Source: a virus
Taxonomy: Duplodnaviria > Caudoviricetes
Virus record (IMG/VR): IMGVR_UViG_3300028888_000067
Coordinates: 64,638-128,637 of that record
Direction: 5' to 3' (one strand)
Length of the DNA stretch: 64,000 nt
The position numbers and the translations under genes are program-made. How positions within the stretch are numbered: position 1 is the stretch's first letter; every line of letters begins with the position of its first letter. The notes beneath the pieces were generated by a model that was not told the DNA's origin, did not search any database, and saw nothing but the letters and a program-made list of their open reading frames with translations. Shown piece by piece: positions 10,956 through 20,933 of this stretch.

Positions 10956-12224
10956 ATGAAAGAATGTAAAATAGCGGTAATAGGGTTAGGCTATGTCGGG
11001 CTCCCGCTTGCACGATTGTTCTCAACTAAATACAATGTGATAGGATACGACATAAACGAAAAACGAGTGGAAGAACTGAACAAAGGGATTGACTCTACAA
11101 TGGAAGTAGACAACAAGCTTCTAGAAATAGCAGTCAACACAAAGATGCTTGTCTGCACGACAGACAAAGAAGACATTAGAGACTGCAACATCTACATAGT
11201 CGCAGTCCCGACGCCTGTTGATGACAAGTACAAGCCTGACTTGACTCCTCTTGTCAAAGCAAGCGAACTTGTTGGATCTGTCGTGAAGAAGAATGACATT
11301 GTCATCTATGAAAGCACGACATTCCCGTGCTGCACAGAAGAAGTGTGCGTGCCTGAAATCGAAAAAGCAAGTGGACTGAAATTCAACAAAGACTTTTTTG
11401 TCGGATATTCGCCTGAAAGAATAAACCCTGGTGACAAAGAGCACACTGTAGAGAAAATAAAGAAAGTCACATCAGGATCTAACGAGAAGACTGCCACCAT
11501 AGTAGATGAGCTTTACAATTCTGTTCTTTTAAATGGAACATTCAAAGCTACTTCTATCAAAGTCGCCGAAGCAAGCAAAATAATCGAAAACACGCAGAGA
11601 GACATCAACATCGCGTTTTTCAATGAGCTTGCGAAGATTTTCAACGCAATGGGCATTGACACGAGTGAAGTCATAGATGCTGCTTCGACGAAATGGAACT
11701 TCATAAGACTGCAGCCTGGACTTGTCGGTGGACACTGCATCGGCGTAGACCCGTATTATCTCATACAGAAAGCTGAAGACTACAAAGTCAATCCCATACT
11801 TATAAAAAGCAGTAGACAGGTGAACGAAGACATGCCAGACTACATATCAGAAAAGATAATCCATAACATGAACAGACGCGGCATTCTCGTAAAAGGTGCT
11901 AACATACTGCTTATGGGAATCACATTCAAGGAGAACTGCCCTGACATCAGGAACACGAAAGTTGTTAAAATTTACAAAAAGTTGGCAGAATACACAAGCA
12001 ACATAACCGTTGTAGACAATTACTGCAACAAGCAGTTCACAAAAGAAGAACTTGGAATTGATGTTGTAGAAAAGATACCGAACAAGAAATACGATGTAAT
12101 CATTTTAGCAGTGCCGCATGAAAATTTTGCCAGCATAAATTACAATGAGTTCTTGAATGAAAATGGTTTTGTGTACGACATAAAGTCAATCTTGCCAAAA
12201 GCTGACAACATAATAAGACTATAA
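10956..12224 (+). CDS. UDP-N-acetylhexosamine 6-dehydrogenase (WbpO/TviB/CapL family)
   Basis: GLGYVGLP, AVPTP, YESTT, YSPERINPG, GLVGGHCIGVDPYY, TFKENCPDIRN. Confidence 0.93.
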   Translation: MKECKIAVIGLGYVGLPLARLFSTKYNVIGYDINEKRVEELNKGIDSTMEVDNKLLEIAVNTKMLVCTTDKEDIRDCNIYIVAVPTPVDDKYKPDLTPLVKASELVGSVVKKNDIVIYESTTFPCCTEEVCVPEIEKASGLKFNKDFFVGYSPERINPGDKEHTVEKIKKVTSGSNEKTATIVDELYNSVLLNGTFKATSIKVAEASKIIENTQRDINIAFFNELAKIFNAMGIDTSEVIDAASTKWNFIRLQPGLVGGHCIGVDPYYLIQKAEDYKVNPILIKSSRQVNEDMPDYISEKIIHNMNRRGILVKGANILLMGITFKENCPDIRNTKVVKIYKKLAEYTSNITVVDNYCNKQFTKEELGIDVVEKIPNKKYDVIILAVPHENFASINYNEFLNENGFVYDIKSILPKADNIIRL

Positions 12225-12225
12225 T

Positions 12226-12942
12226 ATGAAAAGAAAAGACATACTAGACATAGCCAAATACATATGTTTTCCGTTTCATAACGAAAAGTACAGGGAAAAA
12301 TACGACAACATTGAAAGAGACGTGCATTTTCTTCCAATCATAAGTGATGACAATGTCCTGTATGACAAGATGCCTGGAAACGAACACCATTACATAACAG
12401 CGTACACATACACATATGTTCTGCCCTTGCTTGAAAGCTTGCTCCATTTCGGCTTTGACATGAATGACTTTGATTTAGTTCCACTCAAACATGAAACTGG
12501 AGACATGTCTTATTTGTTTCCAAAAAAAGACGGCAGATTCACTTTGACATGTTTTACAGACAGTGAAACGGTGCGTGGCACATACAAAGACTTGTTTGAG
12601 CCAGTGTTCTTCACTAAACCGTCTTACCGCCCTCTCTACAGATACCACCATAGATGTTCAAGAGTGATAAATCATTCTGTACACAATGACCGCAAGCTTA
12701 TGATAAGTGGCGATTCTCAGTCAGTGCCGTCAATAGCTCCACTATGCCATTATTTCAGAGAAGTGTGGTATTTCGACAACAGGACCGGATACAAGAAGAA
12801 CCCAGAAACCGGAGAATTCACATTCTACAAAGAAAAGTTCAAGTCATTCTGCGACAAATACAAGAACACTGTCTTCACTGACAGCATCATACAACTTTAT
12901 TGCCGGAATCTTTCTTGGTATGAATATTGGAATTTGTATTAA
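12226..12942 (+). CDS. Putative DHHW/AlgX-like O-acetyltransferase, paralog B
   Basis: Same length and motifs as 10221-10937 (NEHHYI, SGDSQ, WYEYWNLY end). Confidence 0.45.
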   Translation: MKRKDILDIAKYICFPFHNEKYREKYDNIERDVHFLPIISDDNVLYDKMPGNEHHYITAYTYTYVLPLLESLLHFGFDMNDFDLVPLKHETGDMSYLFPKKDGRFTLTCFTDSETVRGTYKDLFEPVFFTKPSYRPLYRYHHRCSRVINHSVHNDRKLMISGDSQSVPSIAPLCHYFREVWYFDNRTGYKKNPETGEFTFYKEKFKSFCDKYKNTVFTDSIIQLYCRNLSWYEYWNLY

Positions 12943-12954
12943 AATCATGACGGT

Positions 12955-12969
12955 TTTTGTTATATTAAA
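12955..12969 (+). promoter_or_regulatory. Repeated TTTTGTTATATTAAA promoter-like motif
   Basis: One of 8 copies upstream of + strand non-structural genes. Confidence 0.65.
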
Positions 12970-12995
12970 TTGTAATGTAAAATTGAAATGTTCAT

Positions 12996-13610
12996 ATGAA
13001 ACCAGCAACCGTAGACAACTTCGACCTGATTGCCAATTTGCTTCCCGAAAAAGCAGACAGCGACATATTTTGGGTTATCCGCATCATCAGCCGCAAGAAG
13101 GACAATCCAGATCTTTCAAAGAACAGCAAGTTCCACAAAGCATACACTGTCCAAAGCAGAGAAGAACTTTTAGACTTGTCGGAAAAAATCATTGAATGCG
13201 CTGCTCATAATAGAGCACGAGCATATTTCAACCCCAATGCGAGATCTTGGAAGAAGGTGGCACTTGCGACTCTCAAGAAAATAGCAGAATATATCGCGTC
13301 TGAAGACTACAAGGCTGTGACTGTCGCAGCAGACAGATGCTTGGATGAGGGCGCTGCTCCGGGGTACACGAAGATATGGGTGATTGACATTGATGACGAA
13401 GAACAGGAGATTGTCGCAAAACGCCGGCTTAAACACATCAAAATACCTGTGATTGCAGAGATTCCAACTGTACATGGAAAGCATCTGCTAGTCAATCCAT
13501 TCAACCCAGAAGAACTCAGAAAAACATGGAATGAAGATGTAGAATTTCCAGAAATAAAGAAAAACAATCCAACTCTATTGTATTATAACAGACTATGGGA
13601 TGATGAATAA
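12996..13610 (+). CDS. AEP (primase-polymerase)-fold-like protein
   Basis: hhhDhD (WVIDID) and TxxGxH (PTVHGKHLL) motifs. Confidence 0.5.
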   Translation: MKPATVDNFDLIANLLPEKADSDIFWVIRIISRKKDNPDLSKNSKFHKAYTVQSREELLDLSEKIIECAAHNRARAYFNPNARSWKKVALATLKKIAEYIASEDYKAVTVAADRCLDEGAAPGYTKIWVIDIDDEEQEIVAKRRLKHIKIPVIAEIPTVHGKHLLVNPFNPEELRKTWNEDVEFPEIKKNNPTLLYYNRLWDDE

Positions 13611-13636
13611 TTTGTGCTACACTTAAAATAAATTAT

Positions 13637-14029
13637 ATGAATATTAAAAAAATAATTATTAAAATTCACAAAATCTTGAATCCACATTCAGATGACCCCA
13701 TCACGAAAGAAGAACGGAATCTGATGGTTCTTGTGAAGAAACTATTGTTGAAGCCAGATGCGGATCTGATGTTGACGCCACATATGCACAAAGCTTACAT
13801 TGTTGGCGCGGACAAACAGCTGTTTGTCTGCATTGACTTCAACAACTCATTAGCTTCTGTGATAAACCACAAGTTTGGCTACAACATACCGTTTTCACAG
13901 CGAGTTTCTATGTTTCTTGACAAGCATTTTTCTGATGAGGTGGAGAAACGGCGGCAAGCGATGGAAGATGAGTTCAGGAACAATGTGCAGTTTTCACTAG
14001 CAACAATAATCAAAAACTTAGACAAATGA
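13637..14029 (+). CDS. Hypothetical protein
   Basis: ORF with AT-rich leader, co-directional with neighbours. Confidence 0.7.
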   Translation: MNIKKIIIKIHKILNPHSDDPITKEERNLMVLVKKLLLKPDADLMLTPHMHKAYIVGADKQLFVCIDFNNSLASVINHKFGYNIPFSQRVSMFLDKHFSDEVEKRRQAMEDEFRNNVQFSLATIIKNLDK

Positions 14030-14703
14030 AACACGTTCTCATTCTTAACAGATGGCGCACGCCGGATGGCACTATTTTAGTGTCTAACTCCAGACATGAT
14101 TTCGTCACTCATCACGACACACTTGTGAATGACTTGTATTTTATCGATGGCGGCAGTGACTACATCCGCACCTCAAAAAACAACATTCCGTTGGCTGACA
14201 TGTGTGTCTACGCAGATGACTCGTACGAGACAGTGAGACTTCATGAACATCGTGGAGCAATGGTGTCTTTCAAAGACAGCAAAGGCGAAACGCATCATAG
14301 AATCGTGTGGGTTCCTTTGAGAGCAATGTCTGACCAGCACTTGTGCAACTGCATCATCTACAATCTGAAGAACACGAATGAGATAACCAGTTACAATGTG
14401 CACACTCACCTGTATGTCAAAGAGCTTCTATACAGAATAATGCATGACATGTTTTTAGATGAGTATGACTATACAGAAGAGTCCGTGAACACTGAGCCAA
14501 AGTATGAGACCGTAGAAATGGAATACAGGAAAACGGAAGCAGATGAAGCAGTCGTGCAAACGCTGGATGACATCAAAGAGCAGATAGAGAATGCCGGTTT
14601 GGACAAAGACGCGGTGCATTCATTTGACACATATGCTGCTCTCACAATGCTTGACAAAATGTATTCTAATTTAGAAGACACGACGGAAGAAATTTTAGTC
14701 TAA
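14026..14703 (+). CDS. Conserved phage protein (S.(S/H)RHDF...IDGG.DY.R motif)
   Basis: SNSRHDFVTH, YFIDGGSDYIR; ATGA overlap with the previous gene. Confidence 0.7.
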   Translation: MKHVLILNRWRTPDGTILVSNSRHDFVTHHDTLVNDLYFIDGGSDYIRTSKNNIPLADMCVYADDSYETVRLHEHRGAMVSFKDSKGETHHRIVWVPLRAMSDQHLCNCIIYNLKNTNEITSYNVHTHLYVKELLYRIMHDMFLDEYDYTEESVNTEPKYETVEMEYRKTEADEAVVQTLDDIKEQIENAGLDKDAVHSFDTYAALTMLDKMYSNLEDTTEEILV

Positions 14704-14721
14704 GTTGAATTTTTCTCATGT

Positions 14722-14733
14722 TTTTGTTATATT
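14722..14733 (+). promoter_or_regulatory. TTTTGTTATATT promoter-like motif
   Basis: Copy of the repeated motif; followed by TATAAATA at 14736-14743. Confidence 0.6.
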
Positions 14734-14770
14734 GATATAAATAAACAAATATCCTAAAAATAGAAAAATT

Positions 14771-15109
14771 ATGATTCATTTAATAGTTATATTGTCCTGT
14801 ATTATAGCATTCTTAATCGGGGCGTTCATTCTGTTCAAACTCTTTGGCGACAAGAGACCTCCGTTGAAAGTGGGTGATGTAGTCATTCTCTCGTACAAGC
14901 AAGAGAACCCGTATCTTGACACCGAGTTTCACTATGAGACTGTCACGGACATCAAGACAAATGACATGGGCAAAATCTATTTCAAGTCATACACGTCAGA
15001 CATCAATGGAGAACGTGCGATTGAACAGCACGACTGGCTTGACAGCCACAAGACTGGCGAATGCTACACTGACAACATTTGCTGGATAATCGTCAATCAT
15101 ATAAAATAA
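14771..15109 (+). CDS. Hypothetical protein with N-terminal membrane anchor
   Basis: Hydrophobic residues 3-24. Confidence 0.7.
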   Translation: MIHLIVILSCIIAFLIGAFILFKLFGDKRPPLKVGDVVILSYKQENPYLDTEFHYETVTDIKTNDMGKIYFKSYTSDINGERAIEQHDWLDSHKTGECYTDNICWIIVNHIK

Positions 15110-15114
15110 CAGAT

Positions 15115-15474
15115 ATGACAATCAAGAAATTTATTGAATTAGCAAGATTCAAACATGACCGGCATTATGTAGAAGTTGTGGCTGACAAATGTGACAAAAT
15201 CATAGAAAGCTGCAACACAATAGATCAATGCCATAATGCTATTTCATTCGTGAACCACGCGAAAGAGATTATTTTCATCAAAGAGAAACTTGATGAATAT
15301 CCGAACCTTATGCTGTGGCTTTGCAGGAAAGTGAATCGTGACGAATGTCACAGTGAATTCATTGATTATGTCAACTCGACGTTTGACAAACTCAACAAGA
15401 GAATCTTGGAAAAGATTGGTGAGCTTGGTGTTTTCCAGACGTCACAAAATCCCACAACCGATGGAGAAAAATAA
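15115..15474 (+). CDS. Hypothetical protein
   Basis: ATG at 15115 (MTIKKF). Confidence 0.65.
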   Translation: MTIKKFIELARFKHDRHYVEVVADKCDKIIESCNTIDQCHNAISFVNHAKEIIFIKEKLDEYPNLMLWLCRKVNRDECHSEFIDYVNSTFDKLNKRILEKIGELGVFQTSQNPTTDGEK

Positions 15475-15886
15475 TTTTGACTATTCCATTGACATCGTAA
15501 ACAAAATGAGAAAAATCCTGTTGCCAGACATGGTATCTCTCATAAAAAGAAAAATCGAAAAAGAGAAAAAGCTTGATATTCATGACTATTCGCAGAAGCG
15601 TCAGTTAATGACTCTAATGCTAATCAATATGCTCGACAAAAAGGTTTTTATAGACGAGTTTGCAGTAAACAGCAAGCCGTGGGCTATTCTCATATACACT
15701 GTGAATGACAACCTTATGGTGACTTTGCGTGAACTTGAGCATGACAGTGTATTCAGATACAACATAGATGAATTTGACAATGACCAGTTTAATGTCATAA
15801 TCAATTATATTAACGTTATGGCTGACAATGAGTCTGACTATATAAAAAACAAACCCACAATAGAAAAATCAGTTAAAGATGAATGA
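15461..15886 (+). CDS. Hypothetical protein
   Basis: ATG at 15461 (MEKNNF), short overlap with the previous gene. Confidence 0.65.
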   Translation: MEKNNFDYSIDIVNKMRKILLPDMVSLIKRKIEKEKKLDIHDYSQKRQLMTLMLINMLDKKVFIDEFAVNSKPWAILIYTVNDNLMVTLRELEHDSVFRYNIDEFDNDQFNVIINYINVMADNESDYIKNKPTIEKSVKDE

Positions 15887-16592
15887 GATTGAAAAAGTCT
15901 GGAAAGAATTTGGCGACAATGTGAAAAACATATCAATCGAGTTCAGTGACAGCAAATGGCGCATCGCATACAAGAATGGTAACGATGTGCTGTTTGTCGT
16001 CAAGGACGAGGACATGACAAACGGCGCCAAGAAGCTGCTTGAATGGTACAGAGACTCTCACACATTCAGAAGAGCAGCAGAGAACATGTGGCTTCTGCTT
16101 GACCACATCGCAAACGAATTTGGAATCGGCAACAATGAGATTTATGAAATCTGCGAAGAACGCTTGCAGTTCATAACAAGAAATGATGATGGCGAACTTG
16201 TGTGGGCTGCTGGATATGAAGACCGCGTGAAGCCTGAACCAAAGCAGATTTCACATGTTGAAGAACAAAAGAGAGACAACACCTCTTGGATGACTGCAAC
16301 TGCAGCTTCTACTCTTGACCCCGTCAATGAAACAGTCGAAATCGTCCCTGATGGCTATCCAAACTATTTCACTGTCATCTCAAATGACTTCACGAAAACG
16401 GAATGCTTTGGATATGTCAATGGCGAACGCATGCGTGTTGTCGTCAATCACGCGGATCCAAAGAACAGTATCATTGAAGCAGCTAAACCAACAATGGAAA
16501 CTAAAGAAGTCATCGGGACAACTGAGTCAAACTTCAACTCTTACTATGACGAAGCAAGTGCCGGAATACAGTCAGCAATGTTCACAATATAA
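15879..16592 (+). CDS. Hypothetical protein
   Basis: 237-aa ORF overlapping the previous stop. Confidence 0.7.
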   Translation: MNEIEKVWKEFGDNVKNISIEFSDSKWRIAYKNGNDVLFVVKDEDMTNGAKKLLEWYRDSHTFRRAAENMWLLLDHIANEFGIGNNEIYEICEERLQFITRNDDGELVWAAGYEDRVKPEPKQISHVEEQKRDNTSWMTATAASTLDPVNETVEIVPDGYPNYFTVISNDFTKTECFGYVNGERMRVVVNHADPKNSIIEAAKPTMETKEVIGTTESNFNSYYDEASAGIQSAMFTI

Positions 16593-16618
16593 AAATAACC
16601 AATCAACAAGCCAAACCT

Positions 16619-17218
16619 ATGCCAGACCAAACCAAAGAACTTAACCCAGATGAACTACTATGTTCAAAGAACTTCAATTCAATCGTCAATGTCATCATAT
16701 ACCGTTTTGGGAGCTTTGACGACGACATTAAAGCAGACATACGCCAAGCATGCGCGTTAGCAGTGCTGAAAAGCATTGAAAAATACGACCCGATGAAGAA
16801 CGACAAGTTCTGGGTGTATGCGATGCCAAGAATGGTCGAATATGCAAAGAATGAGCTCAATCTCCACAAGAACATAATTCATATACCATACAACCGCATC
16901 AACTCAGGTTTCAAGAATTATGAGAATGTCTCTTACACTTACAGCAAACTAACTTTTGAGAATGGGTGCGACTTGCCGTTGTTCGTTCCTGATGGTGACC
17001 AATGTGCTATAATAGACCTCTACAATGCAATCAGCTCACTTGAAGAAAACGAGCAGAATGTAGTGAAAATGCGCATTGGCATCGAAAACACAGTCAACGG
17101 GAAGAATGATTTTGCCAGCATCGGCAAGACACTCAACATGCCTATGCACAAAGCAAGGAACATATTCATCAGCTCACAGAAGAAACTAAAAGAATTCTTG
17201 CAAGAATACATCAAATGA
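16619..17218 (+). CDS. Sigma70-family RNA polymerase sigma factor (regions 2 and 4)
   Basis: DIRQ...AVLKSIEKYDP...KF.VYA (region 2); LEENEQNVVKMR.G...FASIGKTLNM (region 4 HTH). Confidence 0.8.
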   Translation: MPDQTKELNPDELLCSKNFNSIVNVIIYRFGSFDDDIKADIRQACALAVLKSIEKYDPMKNDKFWVYAMPRMVEYAKNELNLHKNIIHIPYNRINSGFKNYENVSYTYSKLTFENGCDLPLFVPDGDQCAIIDLYNAISSLEENEQNVVKMRIGIENTVNGKNDFASIGKTLNMPMHKARNIFISSQKKLKEFLQEYIK

Positions 17219-17227
17219 ACAAAAGCC

Positions 17228-17413
17228 ATGTTTAGCGACAATGAACATCTAAAGAAATTTGTCAAGCCAAGTGAAGAAGAAAAAAGAAAGGCAATAGAAG
17301 AAAAAAATAAGGAAAGACTAGAACAATGGGCACGCAAGATGATGAATAACAGTTTCTATGGCGCTTATGTGCCAGACTATTCTTGCATTGTCAATATTAC
17401 ACCAAAACTTTGA
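17228..17413 (+). CDS. Small protein with a PolB motif-B-like KxxxNSxYG
   Basis: KMMNNSFYG in a 61-aa ORF. Confidence 0.55.
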   Translation: MFSDNEHLKKFVKPSEEEKRKAIEEKNKERLEQWARKMMNNSFYGAYVPDYSCIVNITPKL

Positions 17414-17415
17414 AG

Positions 17416-17700
17416 ATGTTTTCCGACAACGAAAATCTCAAAGACATTGTGCATGTCTCGTTTGAGAAGTTCAGACAAGACGCGCTTAAACGTGCAGAAC
17501 AGCGTAATGAACACCAAAGAAAGGGACAGTTCATATACATAGACTGCATGTCTCGTTATTATGAACAACTTGTCGAACTTGAGACATGTACACCAGAATT
17601 GTTTTCGAAAGTCGATTGTTTCTACAATGACAACAACATTGACGCATTTCTGGAAGTCATATATGAAAATATAAATAAAACAACAAAGTATGACTTATGA
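17416..17700 (+). CDS. Hypothetical protein (shares MFSDNExLK start with the upstream gene)
   Basis: ATG at 17416. Confidence 0.6.
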   Translation: MFSDNENLKDIVHVSFEKFRQDALKRAEQRNEHQRKGQFIYIDCMSRYYEQLVELETCTPELFSKVDCFYNDNNIDAFLEVIYENINKTTKYDL

Positions 17701-18236
17701 AATGGGACTATAATCCACGCACAGGAAGAATGGAGCCTCAACGGCAGACTGGCATTGAAGTCACTGCACGCCAAGGCGGTGTGATGGTTGAGGATAATGA
17801 CAAACATGTGCAGTTTCTTATCAACTATGGCACAAGTGCTATTTCGCATTGTGTTGGCTGCACTGGCAGAGACATTCATCTGTTCAACGACAATGACGCG
17901 AGAAAGATTGCTGAAAGAGTTAGGTGGATTGCGAGAGGCAAAGGGATAGATGAAATGTATTTTGACTGGAAAACTTATTCAATAAATTATAGAAATATGA
18001 GAACTAACGAAAACCACGTTTATAGAATAGATGAATTCAACAATATGAACAAGCAAGCGCTTGAAGATCTTTATCTTGGCAAGACGATAAGAATCATCAG
18101 CTTGAAAGATGAAGATTCAAGATATGCAGGCAGAGAAGGAAAAGTCGAACACATTGACGACCTTGGGCAGCTTCACGGCACTTGGGGCGGGCTTGCTGTC
18201 ATCCCTGATGTTGATTCATTTGAAGTTATAGAATAA
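17697..18236 (+). CDS. Protein with C-terminal DUF4314-like domain
   Basis: G.EG.V.HIDD.GQLHGTWGGLA.IP..D.FE. Confidence 0.7.
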   Translation: MKWDYNPRTGRMEPQRQTGIEVTARQGGVMVEDNDKHVQFLINYGTSAISHCVGCTGRDIHLFNDNDARKIAERVRWIARGKGIDEMYFDWKTYSINYRNMRTNENHVYRIDEFNNMNKQALEDLYLGKTIRIISLKDEDSRYAGREGKVEHIDDLGQLHGTWGGLAVIPDVDSFEVIE

Positions 18237-18245
18237 TATACGAAT

Positions 18246-18656
18246 ATGAAAATACTTAAGCTAGACGAACAAGACACATTTTACCAAGTTGATGCAAGCG
18301 GGTTTGAAGGTGAAACTATCACATTTGACTTGAATGACATCCGTACACTTAAAAACGAAAATATAGAAATCTTGATTGAAGTTGACTGTAACATAATCGT
18401 CAATTATGTGTGGGATTCACACGGCAAGTGCGTGCCTTTTCCATACAATGGCAAGACGACAATGAAGCAGAACAATGTTCACGCAAAGATAACAAAAATC
18501 GAAAGAACATATGCTTATGATGACGGAGATGTGTCTGATGAAGAAAGCTGGGATCTTGAATTGAATGGCGAAAAACATCCAGGAGATGTGTACCGTTATT
18601 CATACAACGAAAAAAACAACACACTAAGAGTCAAACTTTGTGTTGGAGCTGGATAA
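18246..18656 (+). CDS. Hypothetical protein
   Basis: 136-aa ORF starting MKILKLDE. Confidence 0.7.
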   Translation: MKILKLDEQDTFYQVDASGFEGETITFDLNDIRTLKNENIEILIEVDCNIIVNYVWDSHGKCVPFPYNGKTTMKQNNVHAKITKIERTYAYDDGDVSDEESWDLELNGEKHPGDVYRYSYNEKNNTLRVKLCVGAG

Positions 18657-18671
18657 AAATAAAACATGAAT

Positions 18672-19823
18672 ATGAAAATACTTAACTTAAACGATTTTAT
18701 CAATGAAGCACATGCTGCTACAGATCCTTATGTTGATTTGCCGGAAAGAGTAAAAAAATATCACAAAAGTTTTTGGGACACAAAAGAATTCGCAAAAGAA
18801 GCTAAGGAAAAATACAAAGAATATGCGAAGACTGCTCAGCAGATAAATGGAGACAATCTTGAGATTCTTGTTGCTAGACTTAAAGAAGCAGTGACTAATG
18901 CAAACGGCAACAAAGCTTTCGTTTTGATGGCAGATGAATGCAAATTTGACAGGTATTATTTTGAAAGAGAAAGAGAACATGATTTCTTTAGCGAAGTAGA
19001 ACTGGCACTTTCTTACATCAGAGCTGCATTAGAGCTTGATGATTTCTCAATGGGTGAGTTCACGCACACAAGAAAAGACAGCAAGGGCAAAAGCATAAAC
19101 CTTGGACGTTGGAACGGCAACCAGTCATACACTGCTAATTTATATTACTGGATTTCTAAGATAGCTGCTGCGTACAATGTAGACATGCCGAAATTTGACA
19201 AAGACATCACTTTGCTGAGCACATCGTCAGCTGATGAAAGGTTCGATGCATGGTACAACGACAGAGTAGGTTTCCGGAAAATATCAGATCGTGCATATGA
19301 CACTGCTCGTGAGAGATCACAGCAAGAATATGAGAGAGATTCAAAGAAAATAAGGAAAGCTCGTGAAGCATTCAGAAAGACAGAACTCTACAAAGACTTG
19401 AATGAAATCTTAGACATTGTCGAGAATGATTTGAAAGCAGCAGACAATGATTATATCAGATGGGCTGACAAGATGGCAGAAAAAGCAAGAAAAGATGCAT
19501 ATGAGAAACAGATTCAAGATGCTATAGAAAAAGTGTCAGACTATGTCAAGTCAGAAATAGAAAAAGAGCTTGATGACGACAATTTCTGCTACGGGCAGAC
19601 ATCTCTGTACCAGTTAGCTGCTATCGCATATGTTGAAGACGGTGACATGCCAGCAATCGTGGTGAAGTCGTCAAAAACGGGTTCTTGGATGTCTGGAATG
19701 CGTCACAGTGCTACATTTGAAGTGATAGGCAAAAACGGCAAGTCTTTCGGCGAAGTCACAATGGGAGACTATGGCATCACCGATCATGGCCGCACTGTTG
19801 ATGGATTCGGCGCTTGGGACTAA
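18672..19823 (+). CDS. Putative internal head protein (CTS-like leader MKILNLNDFINE)
   Basis: N-terminus resembles the T4 capsid-targeting sequence; helical body. Confidence 0.5.
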   Translation: MKILNLNDFINEAHAATDPYVDLPERVKKYHKSFWDTKEFAKEAKEKYKEYAKTAQQINGDNLEILVARLKEAVTNANGNKAFVLMADECKFDRYYFEREREHDFFSEVELALSYIRAALELDDFSMGEFTHTRKDSKGKSINLGRWNGNQSYTANLYYWISKIAAAYNVDMPKFDKDITLLSTSSADERFDAWYNDRVGFRKISDRAYDTARERSQQEYERDSKKIRKAREAFRKTELYKDLNEILDIVENDLKAADNDYIRWADKMAEKARKDAYEKQIQDAIEKVSDYVKSEIEKELDDDNFCYGQTSLYQLAAIAYVEDGDMPAIVVKSSKTGSWMSGMRHSATFEVIGKNGKSFGEVTMGDYGITDHGRTVDGFGAWD

Positions 19824-19838
19824 ACATAATGGCTTGTC

Positions 19839-20321
19839 ATGAAAATATTGAATGCACATAGTTTCATTGCTGAACGCATGAAGTTCAGACCAGTCACGAA
19901 TGTTGAATGGGATAAAATCAAAAGAGAGATAGAACATCAAACATTGCCTGATTTGCCGCTTTCATATGACAATATTCTTGTGTCCGGCAACATATTAACT
20001 ATAGAAACTATCATGGATATTCATTCATTGAATTTCAGCAATGACTATATTGTTATAGAACAAAAAGACTGGTGGTACAGATTGCACAATAGCGTATTTC
20101 GTGTATTAGTAAGATACTGCGAATATAGTCCAACAAACATGTCATACTGGACTGGTTATGAACAAGCGTTTAAAGGTTCTCAGTTTCCAACAACGAATGA
20201 AAACAAATACAGAATCACAAGAATAAGAGGCACTTTGTCTAAACAAGAGCTTCATGACATAAAAAATGTTGATGATCTTAAACGGATATATGACAAGTAC
20301 AATTTGACTTATGATAAATAA
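19839..20321 (+). CDS. Leader-family protein 1 (FIAE-RMKFRPVTNVE), unknown cargo
   Basis: Shared N-terminal leader. Confidence 0.75.
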   Translation: MKILNAHSFIAERMKFRPVTNVEWDKIKREIEHQTLPDLPLSYDNILVSGNILTIETIMDIHSLNFSNDYIVIEQKDWWYRLHNSVFRVLVRYCEYSPTNMSYWTGYEQAFKGSQFPTTNENKYRITRIRGTLSKQELHDIKNVDDLKRIYDKYNLTYDK

Positions 20322-20333
20322 TATATGTGAATC

Positions 20334-20825
20334 ATGAAAATATTTGACATAGATAGTTTCATTGCTGAACGCATGAAGTTCAGACCAGTCACAAATGTAG
20401 AATGGGACAAAATCAGAAAAGAGACTCTTGTAGAGCTGCCTGTCAAATATGAAAACATATTGACACTTGGAAATGTGCTAACTATAAAGAAGACATATAA
20501 ACATAAAGAACGCTCAAATGAAAATAGTGAAACTGATTATATTGTCACATTAAAAGAATATGCACCTGTTGAAATAGCAAGAGATGCCAAACAAGTGTTG
20601 GTGTCATATAGACTAAACGGAAACACTAATCAGATTACATATTGGGTTGATTTTTTTGATAACTTCAAACCAGCTTTTCCAAAACTTGATATTTTAGGTG
20701 TATGCGAGTTTGAGGTGACTAACATAAGAGGAACTTTGCCCGATTACATCTTGCGTAAGATGAAAGACATAAATTATATGAAACGCGTGTATGATGAATA
20801 TCATTTGGCTTGTGACTGTTCATAA
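20334..20825 (+). CDS. Leader-family protein 2, diverged paralog of protein 1
   Basis: 40-bp identical leader DNA (20353-20392 = 19858-19897); GATAAATA at 20313. Confidence 0.75.
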   Translation: MKIFDIDSFIAERMKFRPVTNVEWDKIRKETLVELPVKYENILTLGNVLTIKKTYKHKERSNENSETDYIVTLKEYAPVEIARDAKQVLVSYRLNGNTNQITYWVDFFDNFKPAFPKLDILGVCEFEVTNIRGTLPDYILRKMKDINYMKRVYDEYHLACDCS

Positions 20826-20848
20826 CAAAGCATTTGTGTCTAAAAAAT

Positions 20849-20879
20849 AAATGGAACATTCAAAGATGTTCCATTTTTT
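20849..20879 (+). terminator. Rho-independent terminator
   Basis: AAATGGAACAT-TCAAAG-ATGTTCCATTT stem followed by a T run. Confidence 0.7.
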
Positions 20880-20933
20880 ATTATTTTATATTGTAGAAAA
20901 TTTGTTATTAGTAATATTAAAACATTTGTAAGT

